Assembly (NCBI RefSeq): GCF_009914755.1
Contig: NC_060928.1
Length of the DNA stretch: 64,000 nt
DNA from: the human T2T-CHM13v2.0 reference genome, Homo sapiens
Strand: one strand, 5' to 3'
Positions 28,001-42,300 of this stretch are shown in pieces. The position numbers and the translations under genes were made by a program. Position 1 is the first letter of the stretch, and each line of letters begins with the position of its first letter. The notes under the pieces were generated by a model, which did no database searches, was not told the origin of the DNA, and was given only the letters and a program-made list of their open reading frames with translations.

Positions 28001-28515
28001 ATAATTTGCAGGTGGGTGCCATGTGATGGCAAGAAAAATAAGGAGACTGAGAAGAGGAATGTGTGGTCAGCAAGGTGGTTTAACATTGAGCCAGGGAATG
28101 GGTTCCAGGGATGAGGGCATGCGCAGGCATCTTGGGCTTCTTCTGGAGACTGACTTGATCCAGGAAGAGGACGTAGGAGATAAGCCATGACAACCCCATG
28201 GTGGAGAGTGAAGAGGAAGCTGCTAATGAGGGGGTCACAGGGCTTCTGAGGATACTTCTTTCCTTACCGTTGCAATGTAAAATTGAGGGAAGGGGTGCTG
28301 TGCTTTCTCTTGAGCATACATAGGGCTGAGTTACCCTCTTGTATCCTGGACAAGCCAAGCCCTGGTATTCCTCCTGACTCTTCTTGGTGGACATAGTGTA
28401 GGTAGCAGAGGGGTGTTCATAACTGGAACACCTCAGCTCTTCGTTCTGCAGGAGGTGAGATCAGCAGAGAGGAGGGCCCCCTCTTCCTCCTGCTGGGACC
28501 AGGATGATGACTGCT

Positions 28516-29889
<1,374 letters not shown>

Positions 29890-29892
29890 CTA

Positions 29893-30226
<334 letters not shown>

Positions 30227-33200
30227 ATAATCTTATTTATTTATTGAAATTTTTAGTTTAGAAAACAGAAATAACTTTGGAAAAAAATCACTTTATGATT
30301 TCCTAAGAAAATCGAAGAATACACTTTTTTAATTAAAATAATAAGTTATGAAAGACAAGTGTCAGAGAATTTTTTAAATAAAGGGATTTAACAAAAGAAC
30401 TATGGCCATAAAAGTTATAAAAATACATATTTGCCCCACAAAATTTGGTGGAATTTAGGGAGGGAAAACAAAAAATGAAAATTCAAATTTCCAGTAAAGA
30501 CTGACTATAAATATAAAAGAACATAAAGTATCCAAAAATTACAACCCTCATATAAAAAATATAAAATATTTTTTAGAAATAAAATTATTATCAGAATAAA
30601 AATTCCTGTGTATACCAAGCATCTGTGGGGTGGACAGGAAAATAGAGACGTAGGAAGGAGTACTTGCTAGTGATTTTCTTTATCACAGATACAATGAATT
30701 AACCTTTTGTGCCTGATTTAACAACTTTAGTAATAAGATAAAATATTTTAAAAAGAACAAACACAATTATTAGTTGAAGTAAACGGGACTGCATATTTGA
30801 GATGGGGTCATATAAAGCAAAGAAACTCAAAATCTATAGCAAATATTAAATACAAAGAGAAGTTCTTTAAAGCATTAAAAATAGAAAATAGCTCAAAGAA
30901 CATCCAAATACATCTGTTTTTCAGTAAAATGAATGGACTATACTCACAATTTTTAAAAATTAGCACTATCAAAATTTAAATATTACTTAGAGGTATACTT
31001 TAAACAAACCGATTTTGAAAGGTTAAATGTAATAGAATGGGCCATGTTATATTATCACAATACAGTATTAATTCAAGGTAAGTGGAATTCAAGATTAAAA
31101 CAATAACGTTAATAAAGAGAATAAAAGTGATCTTTTATGGAGATGTAATTGTTGGAAACTAAAATGGGAACAAGTTTTATTGTTCAGTTTTCTTTTGATT
31201 GCAAGACAAAACTTAACTTCAACTAACTTAGGGAAAATAATTTCAAGTTCAATCTAGTGCAGTAGGAAAATAATATACCTGAGTCTAGGAAATAGAAAAT
31301 TGTCTCAATGGGCAGATGTCTACTCTTAGACTATGCATTGCAGCCAGCAACTGCTACCAGGCATAAGAGAAAAATTGCTTGAAATATAATCAGAGAATCA
31401 CTGAAATAAAGTAGTTTCAGGGATGCATTAAATGTGTCTCATAATCCATGACATGCTATAAAAAATGAGTATATACAATCTCAGTAATTATAATGTAATA
31501 GATGTAGTCATACATGCATACGCGCAAATACACATGTTTATGTATCCAAATATACACACTTTGCAAATTAAGAACACTCATCTTCTTGTGCTTACAGAAA
31601 ACTTACGAAAACCAATCACATATTAACTTAAAAGAAAAACCTCATTATATTACAGGAGATAGAAATAACACAGTGTACTTTCTCTGCTCTTCACTGAAAT
31701 AATAGATTAGCTATAGTAATATAAATAACTATAATAAGAATAATTAAAAGAAAACAAACAGAAATATCTTTTCCTTCCTAATCTCTTTGGTGAAAAAGAG
31801 AGAACGATAATTTAATAATATTTAAAAGCAATGACAATGGAAATAACGTATACAAAAATAATGAGGCAGTCAAAGTGGTACTCAGAGTAAATCCCCAGAT
31901 ATTCTTGTTTTTATTACTAAATAAAGAATGTAAATTTATGAGTCAAACTTGGACTTAAAGAACTTCTGTGTTTGTATAAAATAGTAATCCTAAAAAAAGC
32001 AAGAAAATATCATTCATCAAGAATAAAAATGAATCAGAAGAAATATAGCAGAATCAACAAATATATTATGAATAGGCTTCTTTGGGATACAACAAACATG
32101 AAGCACTTAATATTTAATTGAAAAATATAACGTATATTTGATAAAATAGAATAAATTTAATATTTTCTAAAATATATATATAAGTTGTCCATATGTCCTA
32201 AAACGTGGTTGTAAAATACAAATTGATGTGGGAAATTTGGAGAAAATTCTTCAAGAATGATCCACCAAAAAGCTGTGTTTCACAAGTGAATCATGTAATT
32301 ACCAGTGAAGTAACAGACAATCATTATGTTACTTAAAATAATCCAAACTGTAGAGAAAGACGTCTATCCAGTTACTTTATAAAATTTGACAATAGTGGCT
32401 AGAATAACACATAAAACATATTTAAAATTGATCTTACTTATGAAAACAAGTACAAAACTCTGAGTAAAATCATATAACATCCACCTATTTGTATAATAAA
32501 GAATACTACCTTCTGCCTAAGTAGGGTTTACTCAAACAGTGCAAAGATGATTAATCAGTCATTCGTCCATTGTGTTAATAAGTAGAAGAAAGAAAGTTGA
32601 TTGATTGTTTTGATAAATATCCAAAAAAAAAAACCTCATACAGTTGAATAGGCAGATATTGGTTTAGAAGGCAAAACAAAACAGAGCAATGAATTCTTAG
32701 TACCATAGCAAAAGAATGTCATTAATACAAAAAGCACAACTTTAGATAAATATTTAAACTAATGGTGAAATATGACACACTAGAGAGAATTCAAACAGTT
32801 AAAGCAAAGAATGGCTACACATTATTAACATTTGTATATTAATCTGAAAATGTATTAGGAAAGATATAAAGTAAATAGTATAAATGAAGTGACAAAATAT
32901 AATTAAGTAGACGCATATATGGAAAGCAAATACAGTTTCAAAATAAATAAAAATAGTTAAGAACAATAAGAGTTCACTAAGATGTTCAGCTGAAAAATAA
33001 TGGTACATAAAGTTTTGATTTTTTAGAGACTGATAATAAAGATAGAAATCAAAAATAACTTTAAAAACTTATCAGAATATCCAAAACAAATTAATTGACT
33101 TGGAATCAAACTTTAGAAAAAACTGTTCGTAGGTATTTAAACAAAGTAACAAAAATGCTTTCATAAGAGAATATTTGAATAAACAGATATTCCTGGATGT

Positions 33201-33634
33201 GGAGCCCCAATTATATATGTATAATGCTTTAATTGCAGACCAACGCTTGAAGTATATTGGTTAAGTCCATTTTATATATATGAGGCATCATGTATTTAAG
33301 AAAGTTACTAAATATTACACAACTGTGATAATATGATAGTTGATTATATGTTCCAGTCAAGATTAAAACCTAGATAGTCTGACTCCAGGGTCTGCACTCT
33401 AAACAACCATGCTATAGAGGATGAAATCCTGTAGGAAAAATAGCCAAAGAACATGAAAGGTTATATCTCTGTGAATAAAATACAAGTGATTTTCAAAGAT
33501 ATTAAATAATATTTCATCTTAAAAATCATCAAGAAATGAAAAACATCACAATAAAAAATGACATGAGATATCATATTTCACCTATTGGACTGAAAACCAG
33601 AGAACTGTTGGACAAGAGTTAGAAAGAGGCATTT

Positions 33635-33700
33635 CTCCAGCCTGGGCAGCAGAGCAAGACTCCAACTCAAAAAAAAAAAAAAAAAAAAAAAGAAAGAAAG
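33635..33700 (+). mobile_element. Alu 3'-terminal fragment with poly-A
   Basis: ctccagcctgggcagcagagcaagactccaactc followed by A-run. Confidence 0.85.
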
Positions 33701-33710
33701 AAGTGTTCAC

Positions 33711-34006
<296 letters not shown>

Positions 34007-34345
34007 TTACTAAGATTGCTTCTAGGAGTATAAATTGATACAACATTTTATCAAGCTGATTTGCTAATATATCAAGTTTGCTAATCCTTAGAGCTGTTTG
34101 GGAATATTTCAATCCCTCTTATCACAGACATGTGGAAGACTTGCTCCTTCCTTCATCTGTTGAAGTTAGACTTAGTTTCTCCAATCAAATGTAAGTAGAA
34201 ATAATATATGTGCCTGGAAGGTGGAATATTTTATTATATTTTTCATTAAAATTAACTTAAAAGTTAAACACAAGGAAAAAAAGTTGACTTGAGTTTTAAA
34301 ATAAAGACAGTTACCAGAAAGATCTGAAATAGAAAAGATGCATAG

Positions 34346-34627
34346 GCCGGGGGCAGTGGCTCACGCTAGTAACCCCAGCACTTTGAGAGGCCGAGGCGGG
34401 AAGATCACGAGGTCAGGAGTTTGAGACCAGCCTGACCAACATGGTGAAACCCCATCTCTACTAAAAATACAAAAAATAGCCGGGCATGGCGGCGCATGCC
34501 TGTAATCTCAGCTACTCAGGAGGCTGAGGCAAGAGAATCACTTGAACCCTGTGTAGCCTGGGAGGCGAAGGTTGCAGTGAGCCGAGATCGTGTCACTGCA
34601 CTCCAACCTGATTGACAGAGCGAGACA
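34346..34627 (+). mobile_element. AluS (Sg-like) lacking a poly-A tail
   Basis: Both arms; ends at gagcgagac and runs directly into TG-rich sequence. Confidence 0.93.
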
Positions 34628-34699
34628 TGTGTGTGCATGTATGTGCACATGTACAAGTTAAAAATAGCATACATGTGTATAAAGACCATAAGTTTGATA

Positions 34700-34920
34700 A
34701 CACAATGATGGGGACTTGCTTTTTGTCCACACTACTCATTTGCTATTTGACATGTATTGGCCTCACTAATACTCTGTCTTCTATGTTATAAAATAGCAGA
34801 ATTAAAATATACTTTACAGTATTATTGTAAAACTTATTACAGAGATTGAAATAGTTAGGCAGAAATATATACAGCTTAACATAGTGACTAAAACAAATCA
34901 CAGCTCAGTAAATGTTAGTT
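34700..34920 (+). mobile_element. MIR
   Basis: ccacactactcatttgctatttgac...tataaaatag...gctcagtaaatgttagtt. Confidence 0.6.
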
Positions 34921-37900
34921 TCTGCCTGGAGTAACTTCATCGATGTAAAATAGGATGGAACACTGAAAATAACAGTGGCTCAAAGGAGACACTTTTCCTC
35001 TTCCATAAAAGAAATTTGAAAAATGAGCTACTTAAGACTGGATGGTGAATTCCATCCTCTTCTGTGTTCTAATTCGTTATCTTCATATAGGATTCTATTT
35101 TAAGTTTACTTAGCAGTCCAAAGTGACAAAGTGAATGCTAGAGTTCTGGCTACCATGTTCACATTCCGTGTAGCAAAAAAAAAAACTATGTAGGAAACAC
35201 AAAAGAGCCCCTTGTCAGATAAATCAGCTTCCTGTTTCTATAGCCTTAATACATTCCACACTATATTTGCATACATCTTTTTGGCCCAAACTGAGTCACT
35301 TCCAGGGCTCCTGTCTTCCATTCCACAGACAGACCTTCTCAGTTTTCCCAGAGGAAAATGATTTCTAAGTAGCTAAATTATGCAGATACCTCAGAGTGAA
35401 GTTTGGGAATTACCAGAGGAAGGAATTTTCCGCCCCCTTTCCTCCTCCGACTGGCTGTCCCACTTTCTCTTAAAGTGACCCCTCTGTGTTCTCAAAACAT
35501 AGCAAAATTTTTCCACTTTTCCTACATGCTAGTGGTGTGTGTGTGTGCACTCACACACAAAATCTCCAACTTTCATTGAGACTATATTCCCTGAGAATGC
35601 TTCCCATCAAACCAATCTGCCCTGTTTTCCCTGAGCATAGCCCTCAAGTCTAGCTTGAGAATTTGCTGTGAAAAGCCTTCCTCCAGAACTGATTTTCCCA
35701 TGTCATGTAGGTGGAAGTCCTGCCACCTTACAAATACTTTCTCGAATCTCGCAACTATTTCCAAGCTTGAGTCTGCTTTTTAACACTGATGTTTCTCTTT
35801 GGTGTGCCCTCAACTAACTTAGTTTAAATTTATCTTTCTGAATCCTTCAAAATTGGGATCACTTGACATTTAATTGGGTTCACATCACCTCCCCTACCTG
35901 ACATCAGGTGGTTGAGGTCAGGGAGCATTCCCGAGCATCTCTTCTTTCCCTATGTGGTTAGCAGAGAGCCTGGCACAGGAGTCCTTTGCTCACAGCATAT
36001 GTAAACTGGCTTAACTGAAAAGCACCAGCCTCCAAAGTTTCCAAAATAACTTCATCCAAATATATGTTTATTTTTATTTTACTATTACACTCAATTTGGG
36101 TTGATTAAAGAAAACTGGTAGAACTATGAGAGAAGAACTTTCTCAAAGTCTAAACTCTACAGTGCTAATATATTTTGATTCATTTTTCTGAACAATTTAA
36201 TACGATTATAATAATACATCATATAGAGTAGTTATCCTGCTATTTCCTTTAATGCAAAATGCTTATAATTTATGACTTCCTCTTCATAGGCATTCAGTTT
36301 AAATGTTGTATGATATTTCATTAAGTATATATCATATATAATTTTTAAATTATTCAAAATTTGTCATCCATTTAAGTTGTTTTACATTTGTTGGTGTTAC
36401 AAATATTTATGTTAAATGTTGAATGTAAAGATGTTTCTGTCTTTAAGACTTCTTTCTTTAGCATAGAGTTTCATAAATACATTATGTCTCACTTTATTAA
36501 GATTGTGTTTTTCTCTTAATACAGAGATCCAAAAGGCTTTTTATAAGGATCATGCCAATTTTCTTACTCACACTTTTTTTACGTCACCCTTGCCCACATC
36601 AGAGATGACGATGATGGTGTTGATGGCGATGATAATGATGTAGCACCATCATTTTTTATTTTTACTGATGCTGTTAATGTGCTGAGATTTTAGCACTAAA
36701 ACGTAAAATTTTTAGCACCAAAATAGAAGACAGAATAACCACAACAAATTCATTCCTTTTTCCAGTGTTTGATTTATTTTGGTACTAGCAGAATGAGGTT
36801 GATTTAAGACCGGAAAAAAGTAGGAGGAAGAACAGGAGGAGAAGAAAAAGTAGAAGAGGAAGGGGAGAAGAGAAAAATAAGGAGGGTATCTGTGTTATCT
36901 TCCTTCCATCTTCTAGAATACTAATTATTTTTAAACATCATCATAACTTTACCTTTATCTAGGTTCTTATTGAGAAGTAATTATTGCCAAATAATCCCTT
37001 TAATGTATTTTATTATACATTAAATTTAGATGCTTGATATCCTTTAGATGATGATATTTAGAAGCTTGGGATAGTATAATCCATTAACCTCTCCATAGAA
37101 TAAAATAAATTTTTAAGTGATACATTTTATATACAAGATATCGTTAAATAGAACGTAAGAAAGCAATTTCCTTGTTAAATGATTACTTTCATTTTCAAAG
37201 TATCTAGGCTAAACAATTATTTGAATAACAGCAGTGTGAATAACCTGAAGACGAATACAGTAAATGTTACAGGCTTCAATGCTATTCGCTTCTAAGCCTA
37301 GCTATTAAAAATCTTCTGTTCTGGGAAACAAGAGATTGTGTACTTGGGCTTTTATATCTAGATTCAGAGACTCAGAGATGACAGCTCAGAAGAAACTAAT
37401 AAATCATCAGGTTATTCCCTTCACCAGATCCTGCCCCAATTCTGGCACTCTCTCATTTTATAGACCTGTCAGGTAGAATAACTTGTCCAATACTGAGGTT
37501 CTTGCCTTCCACATTTGCATTTCTTTGATTTATACTCTGTTAACTTTGAAAAAATGGTATTTTCCTAACTTTTTTTGACATTAGTAAGATTTTATCTTTA
37601 TCTCCCTCTAATTCAAATTGTGAATAACCTAGAAAGGGCTCGAATTATCATTGAAAAGCTTCAAGAAATGCATGGGAAAGAGTTGAGAAGAGCTGAAAAC
37701 TAAGAAATGGGGTAGGAGAATATCAACGTGTTTATAACTAGCATGATCTTGAGTGCCTGGCTTGTTTGAACCTCGGAGACATTAGCCAGAGAAAGTTGGC
37801 AAAATAAATTATCCAGAAGATCATACCTAGAAAAAGAGACCTGAATAGAGATGGAACTTTGAAGGAAATCACCCATAAGGTAAATTGTGGTGCCTACGAG

Positions 37901-38409
37901 GTGGAAGGGCAAAATTTGGATTTGCCTTGGCTGTTTGTTAATTTGCCTGTGCACAAATTCCAGGTTTTTAATTGGAACAGGGCTCCAGACTGTGGCTAGA
38001 GGATATAATACTGCAGTCTTCGGTGAGGGATTTGGCAAGAACCAGGCAGAAGGAAGTCATCTCTTCAAGTTGTTGGGAATTCAGGGTAGAATTCTCATTT
38101 TAAATGGAAATGTTATTCATCAAAATAAATATGAGACATACAGTTGGTCTTTGGAAGTGAGCAAAGAATGTTACTAAGGGCCGCATACATACAATGGGTG
38201 GGTTTTAGAGTCTACTATAGGGTAAATACGTGGATAGTCTCCCTGCAGCCATATTGCATATACAGGAAAATTAATTCTAAACACCAAAAGCTTGTAAATG
38301 AGGTATGAAGAGGGACAACATTGAGGCATTGCAGAATCTACATTTTTATGTGTGTATATATTCTAATAATGAAGTCATGCGAAAAGGAGGGAAGAGTTTA
38401 AGAGCTAAA

Positions 38410-39050
38410 ATTTATAATTAATTTTATAACATGATATTGAATTATACATTTGAAAAAGTGTGCAAATTTTAAGTTTAGTGCTTAACACTTTTTCACAAAG
38501 TAAACAACCATGTAATCAGCCTTCAGATTTTTAGACCTTGATCATTAACCACATCACAGAAGCCTCTCTCACACCTTCATTGAGTCATCCCAATAGCAAC
38601 TACTGTTCTAACCTCTACATCCATTGATTATCTTTGACTGTAAAATTCACGTAAATGAAATATACATATCTGGTTGAAACTAACATTGTCTGTTAGGTTC
38701 ATCCAAGTCATTTTGTTAAGTAGTACTTTTTGTTGGTTAATTCATTTGTTTGTTTCATTTCTGTTGCTGAGTATTACCCCAGTACATAAATGTACCACAA
38801 TTATTTACACATTCTACTTCTGATGTGCATTTAGGTTGTTTCCAGAATTGCTATATTAGTAGCACTGAACTATCACTAATTGTGGTAAACATAAAAACAG
38901 TGTTCTGTTGCATAAACACCTAGAAGTGAAACTGATGAATAAGAGAGTGTGAGTATGCACAGTTTTGGTAGAAAGTGCCATACAGGTTTTACAAATTGAC
39001 TTTACCATTGAGTATGATATTGGCTGTTTTTGTTTGTTAGTAGTTTGGAG
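38410..39050 (-). mobile_element. L1ME-like 3' end, antisense
   Basis: aaagtgtgcaaattttaagt...caactactgttct...ttgctgagtatt...aaatgtaccacaattattt...atttaggttgtttccag. Confidence 0.75.
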
Positions 39051-39074
39051 AAATTGATTGAAGTTCCTTTGGTC

Positions 39075-39360
39075 CAGGTAGGAGGAATAGGTTTTCAAGA
39101 TTGATTACACAACAAGATGACCATAGTTAATAATAATGTATTGTACATATCAAAATTGCTAAATTAATAGATAATAAATATTGTCACTACAAAAAATGAT
39201 GTCTGTGAGGTGATGTTATGTTAATTAGATTAGTTATGTTAATTAGTTTTTAAAATTAGCTTAATATAATCATCCAACTATGTATACATAGCGAAAATAT
39301 TTTGTACCCCATTTATATACAAGTATTTCAATTAAAACTACAAATTTAAAATGAAAATTA
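39075..39360 (+). mobile_element. L1MA-type 3' end fragment
   Basis: aggaggaatag...catagttaataataatgtattgtac..aaaattgctaa...tgtgaggtgatg..atgttaattag, with an A-rich end. Confidence 0.8.
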
Positions 39361-42300
39361 ATAGGTTTTCATTGTGGGATATTTGATTTTTCACTACAGG
39401 CATCAGTAAGCTCAGAGAAGTCCCTTATTAGATTCCACAAAAAGAGTGTTTCCAACCTGGTGAACCAAAATAAATGTTCCATTCTGTGAGATGAATCCAC
39501 ACAACACAAAACATTTTGACAGACAGCTTGTTTCTAGATTTTATCGTGGGATACTTGATTTCTCACTATAGGAATCAATGGGATCAGAGGAGTCCCTCTG
39601 TAGCTTCTACAAAAAGAGTGTTTCCAACGTAGTGAATCAACATACAGGTTCCATTCTGTGAGATGAAACACACATCACAAAGCATTTTCACAGATAGCTT
39701 GTCTCTAGATTTTATCGCAGGATATTCGATTTTTTTTTTATGGACCTCAATGGGCTAAGAAATTCCCTTGCAGATTCAAAAAAGGAGTGTTTCCTACATG
39801 GTGAATCAAAACACTGCTTTGATTCTGTGAGATGAATTCACACATCACAAAGAATTTTCACAGATAGCTTGTTTCTAGTATTTATCAAGGGATATTTGAC
39901 ATTTCCTTATGGGCCTCAATGAGTTCAGAAATGTCACTTTGTACAATCTACAAAAAGAGGGTTTCCAACCTGGTGATTCAAAACACAGGTTCCATTGTGT
40001 GATATGAATCCAGACATCATGAAGCATTTTCACAGATAGTTTATTCCAAGTTTCTATCACAGGATATTTGATTATTCACTATAGGCCTCAATGGGCTCCA
40101 AAATGTCCTTTCGTAGATTATACAACCGAATATTTCCAACCTGGTGAATCAAAATGCAGGTTCCACTCTGTGAGATGAGTCCATACATCACAAAGCATTT
40201 TCACAGATAGCTGGTTTCTAGTTTTTATCACAGGATATAAAATGTTTCCTTATTGGCCTCAATGGGCTCTGCAATGCCCTTTCATAGATTCTACAAAAAG
40301 AATGTTCCCAACTTGCTGAATGAAAACACAGGTTTCACTCTGTGAGAAGAATCCACACATCACAAAACACTTTCACAGACAGCTTCTTTCTAGTTTATAT
40401 AGTGGGGTATTCTATTCTTCCTTATGGACCTCAATGGCTGAGAAATGTCTCCATGCAGATTCTACAGAGTGTTTCAAAACAGGCAAATCCAATCACAAGT
40501 TCCATCATGTGAGATGAATCCACACATCACAAAGCATTTTCATAGAAAGCTTGTTTCTAGTTTTTATCGTGGAATATATGATTTTCCCTTATGGGCCTCA
40601 GTGGCTTCAGAAATGTCACTTCATAGATTCTACAAAAATACAAAAAGAGTGTTTCCACCTTGTGAATTAAAAGAGGGGTTCCATTCCATGAAATGAATCC
40701 ACACATCACAAAGCATTTCCACAGATAGCTTCTTTCTAGTATTTATCATGGGATATATGATTTTTAACTCTAGGCCTCATGGACTCAGAGAAGTCCCTTT
40801 GTAGATTCTACAAAAAGAGTGTTTTCAAACTGGTGAATCAAAATACAGGTTCCATTCTGTGAGATGAATCCACTTCACAAAGCTTTTTATAAACAGCTTG
40901 TTTCTAGTTTTTATCATGGGATGCTCGATTTCTCACAATAGGAATCAATGGGATCAGAGCAGTCCCTTCATAGCTTCTCCAAAAAGAGTGTTTCCAACTT
41001 ACTGAATAAAAACACAGGTTCCATTCTGTGAGATGAATCCACACATGATGAAGTATTTTCACAGACAGCTTGTTTCTGGATTTTATCATGGAATATTCCA
41101 TTTTTCGTTATGGGTCTCAATGGGCCTAGAACTTCTCATGTAGATTCAACAAAAAAAGTGTTTCCAAACTGCTGATTCAAAACCCTGCTTCCATTCTGTG
41201 AGATGAAGCCACACATAACAAAGCATTTTCACAGATAGCTTGTTTCTAGTTTTTATCGAGGAATATTCAATTTTTTCATTATGGGCCTTGAGGACAAGGA
41301 AAAGTCCCTTCCAGGTTCAACAACAAGAGTGTTTCCAACCTGGTGCATCAAAATACAGGTTCCATTCTGTGAGATGAATCCACACATCAGAAAGCATTTT
41401 CACAGGTAGCTTGTTTCAAGTTTTTACCATGGGATAATCAATTTCTCACTATAAGAATCAATGGGCTCAGTGAAGTCCCTTCGCAGATTCTACAAAAAAA
41501 GGTTTTTCAAATGGGTGAATAAAAACACTGGATCCATTCTGTGAGATGAATGCACACATCACAAAGCATTTTAACAATTAGCTTCTTTCTAGTTTTTATT
41601 GCAGAATATTCTATTTTTCACTGAAAGCTTCAATGGGCTCGGATGTCCCTTCGTAGATGCTACAAAAAGAGTGTTTCCAAACTGGTGAAGCCAAATGCAG
41701 CTTTCATTCTGTGAGATGAATCCACACATCACAAAGCGTTTTTGCAGAGAGCTTGTTTCTAGTTTTTGTTGTGAGATATAGTATTTTACTCGTGGGCTCA
41801 AAGAGCTCAGAAATGTCCCTACGTAGATCCTTAAAAATGAGTATTTTCATCCTGATGAAACAAAACATATGTTCAATTCTGTGAGGTGAATCCACACATC
41901 ACAAAGCATTTTCACAGGCTGCTTCTTCTAGTTTTATTGTGAGATAATTCAGTTTTTCACAAAAGGCTTCTAAGGACTCAGAAATGCCCCTTCATAGATT
42001 CTACAAACAAAATGTTTCCAACCTGTTGAATCAAAACAGTAGTTTCATTCTGTGACATGAATCGACACATCACTAAGCATTTTCACAGAGAGTTTGTTTC
42101 CAGTTCTTATTGTGGGATATTTGTTTTTCACTATAGGCCTCAAAGGGCTCAAAACTGTCCCATGTAGAAACTACAAAAAGAGTGTTTCCAACCTAATGAA
42201 TCAAATCATGGGTTCTATTCTGTAATATGTATCCACACATTACAAAGCATTTTCATAGAGAGCTTGTTTCTAGTTTTTATCACAGGATATCCCATTTTCA

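Noticed and set aside
39088-39371. ataggttttca at 39088 and 39361 as a TSD around the L1MA stub
   Set aside because: The left copy lies within L1MA-like sequence that extends further left, and the right copy fits the satellite monomer, so coincidence is likely.
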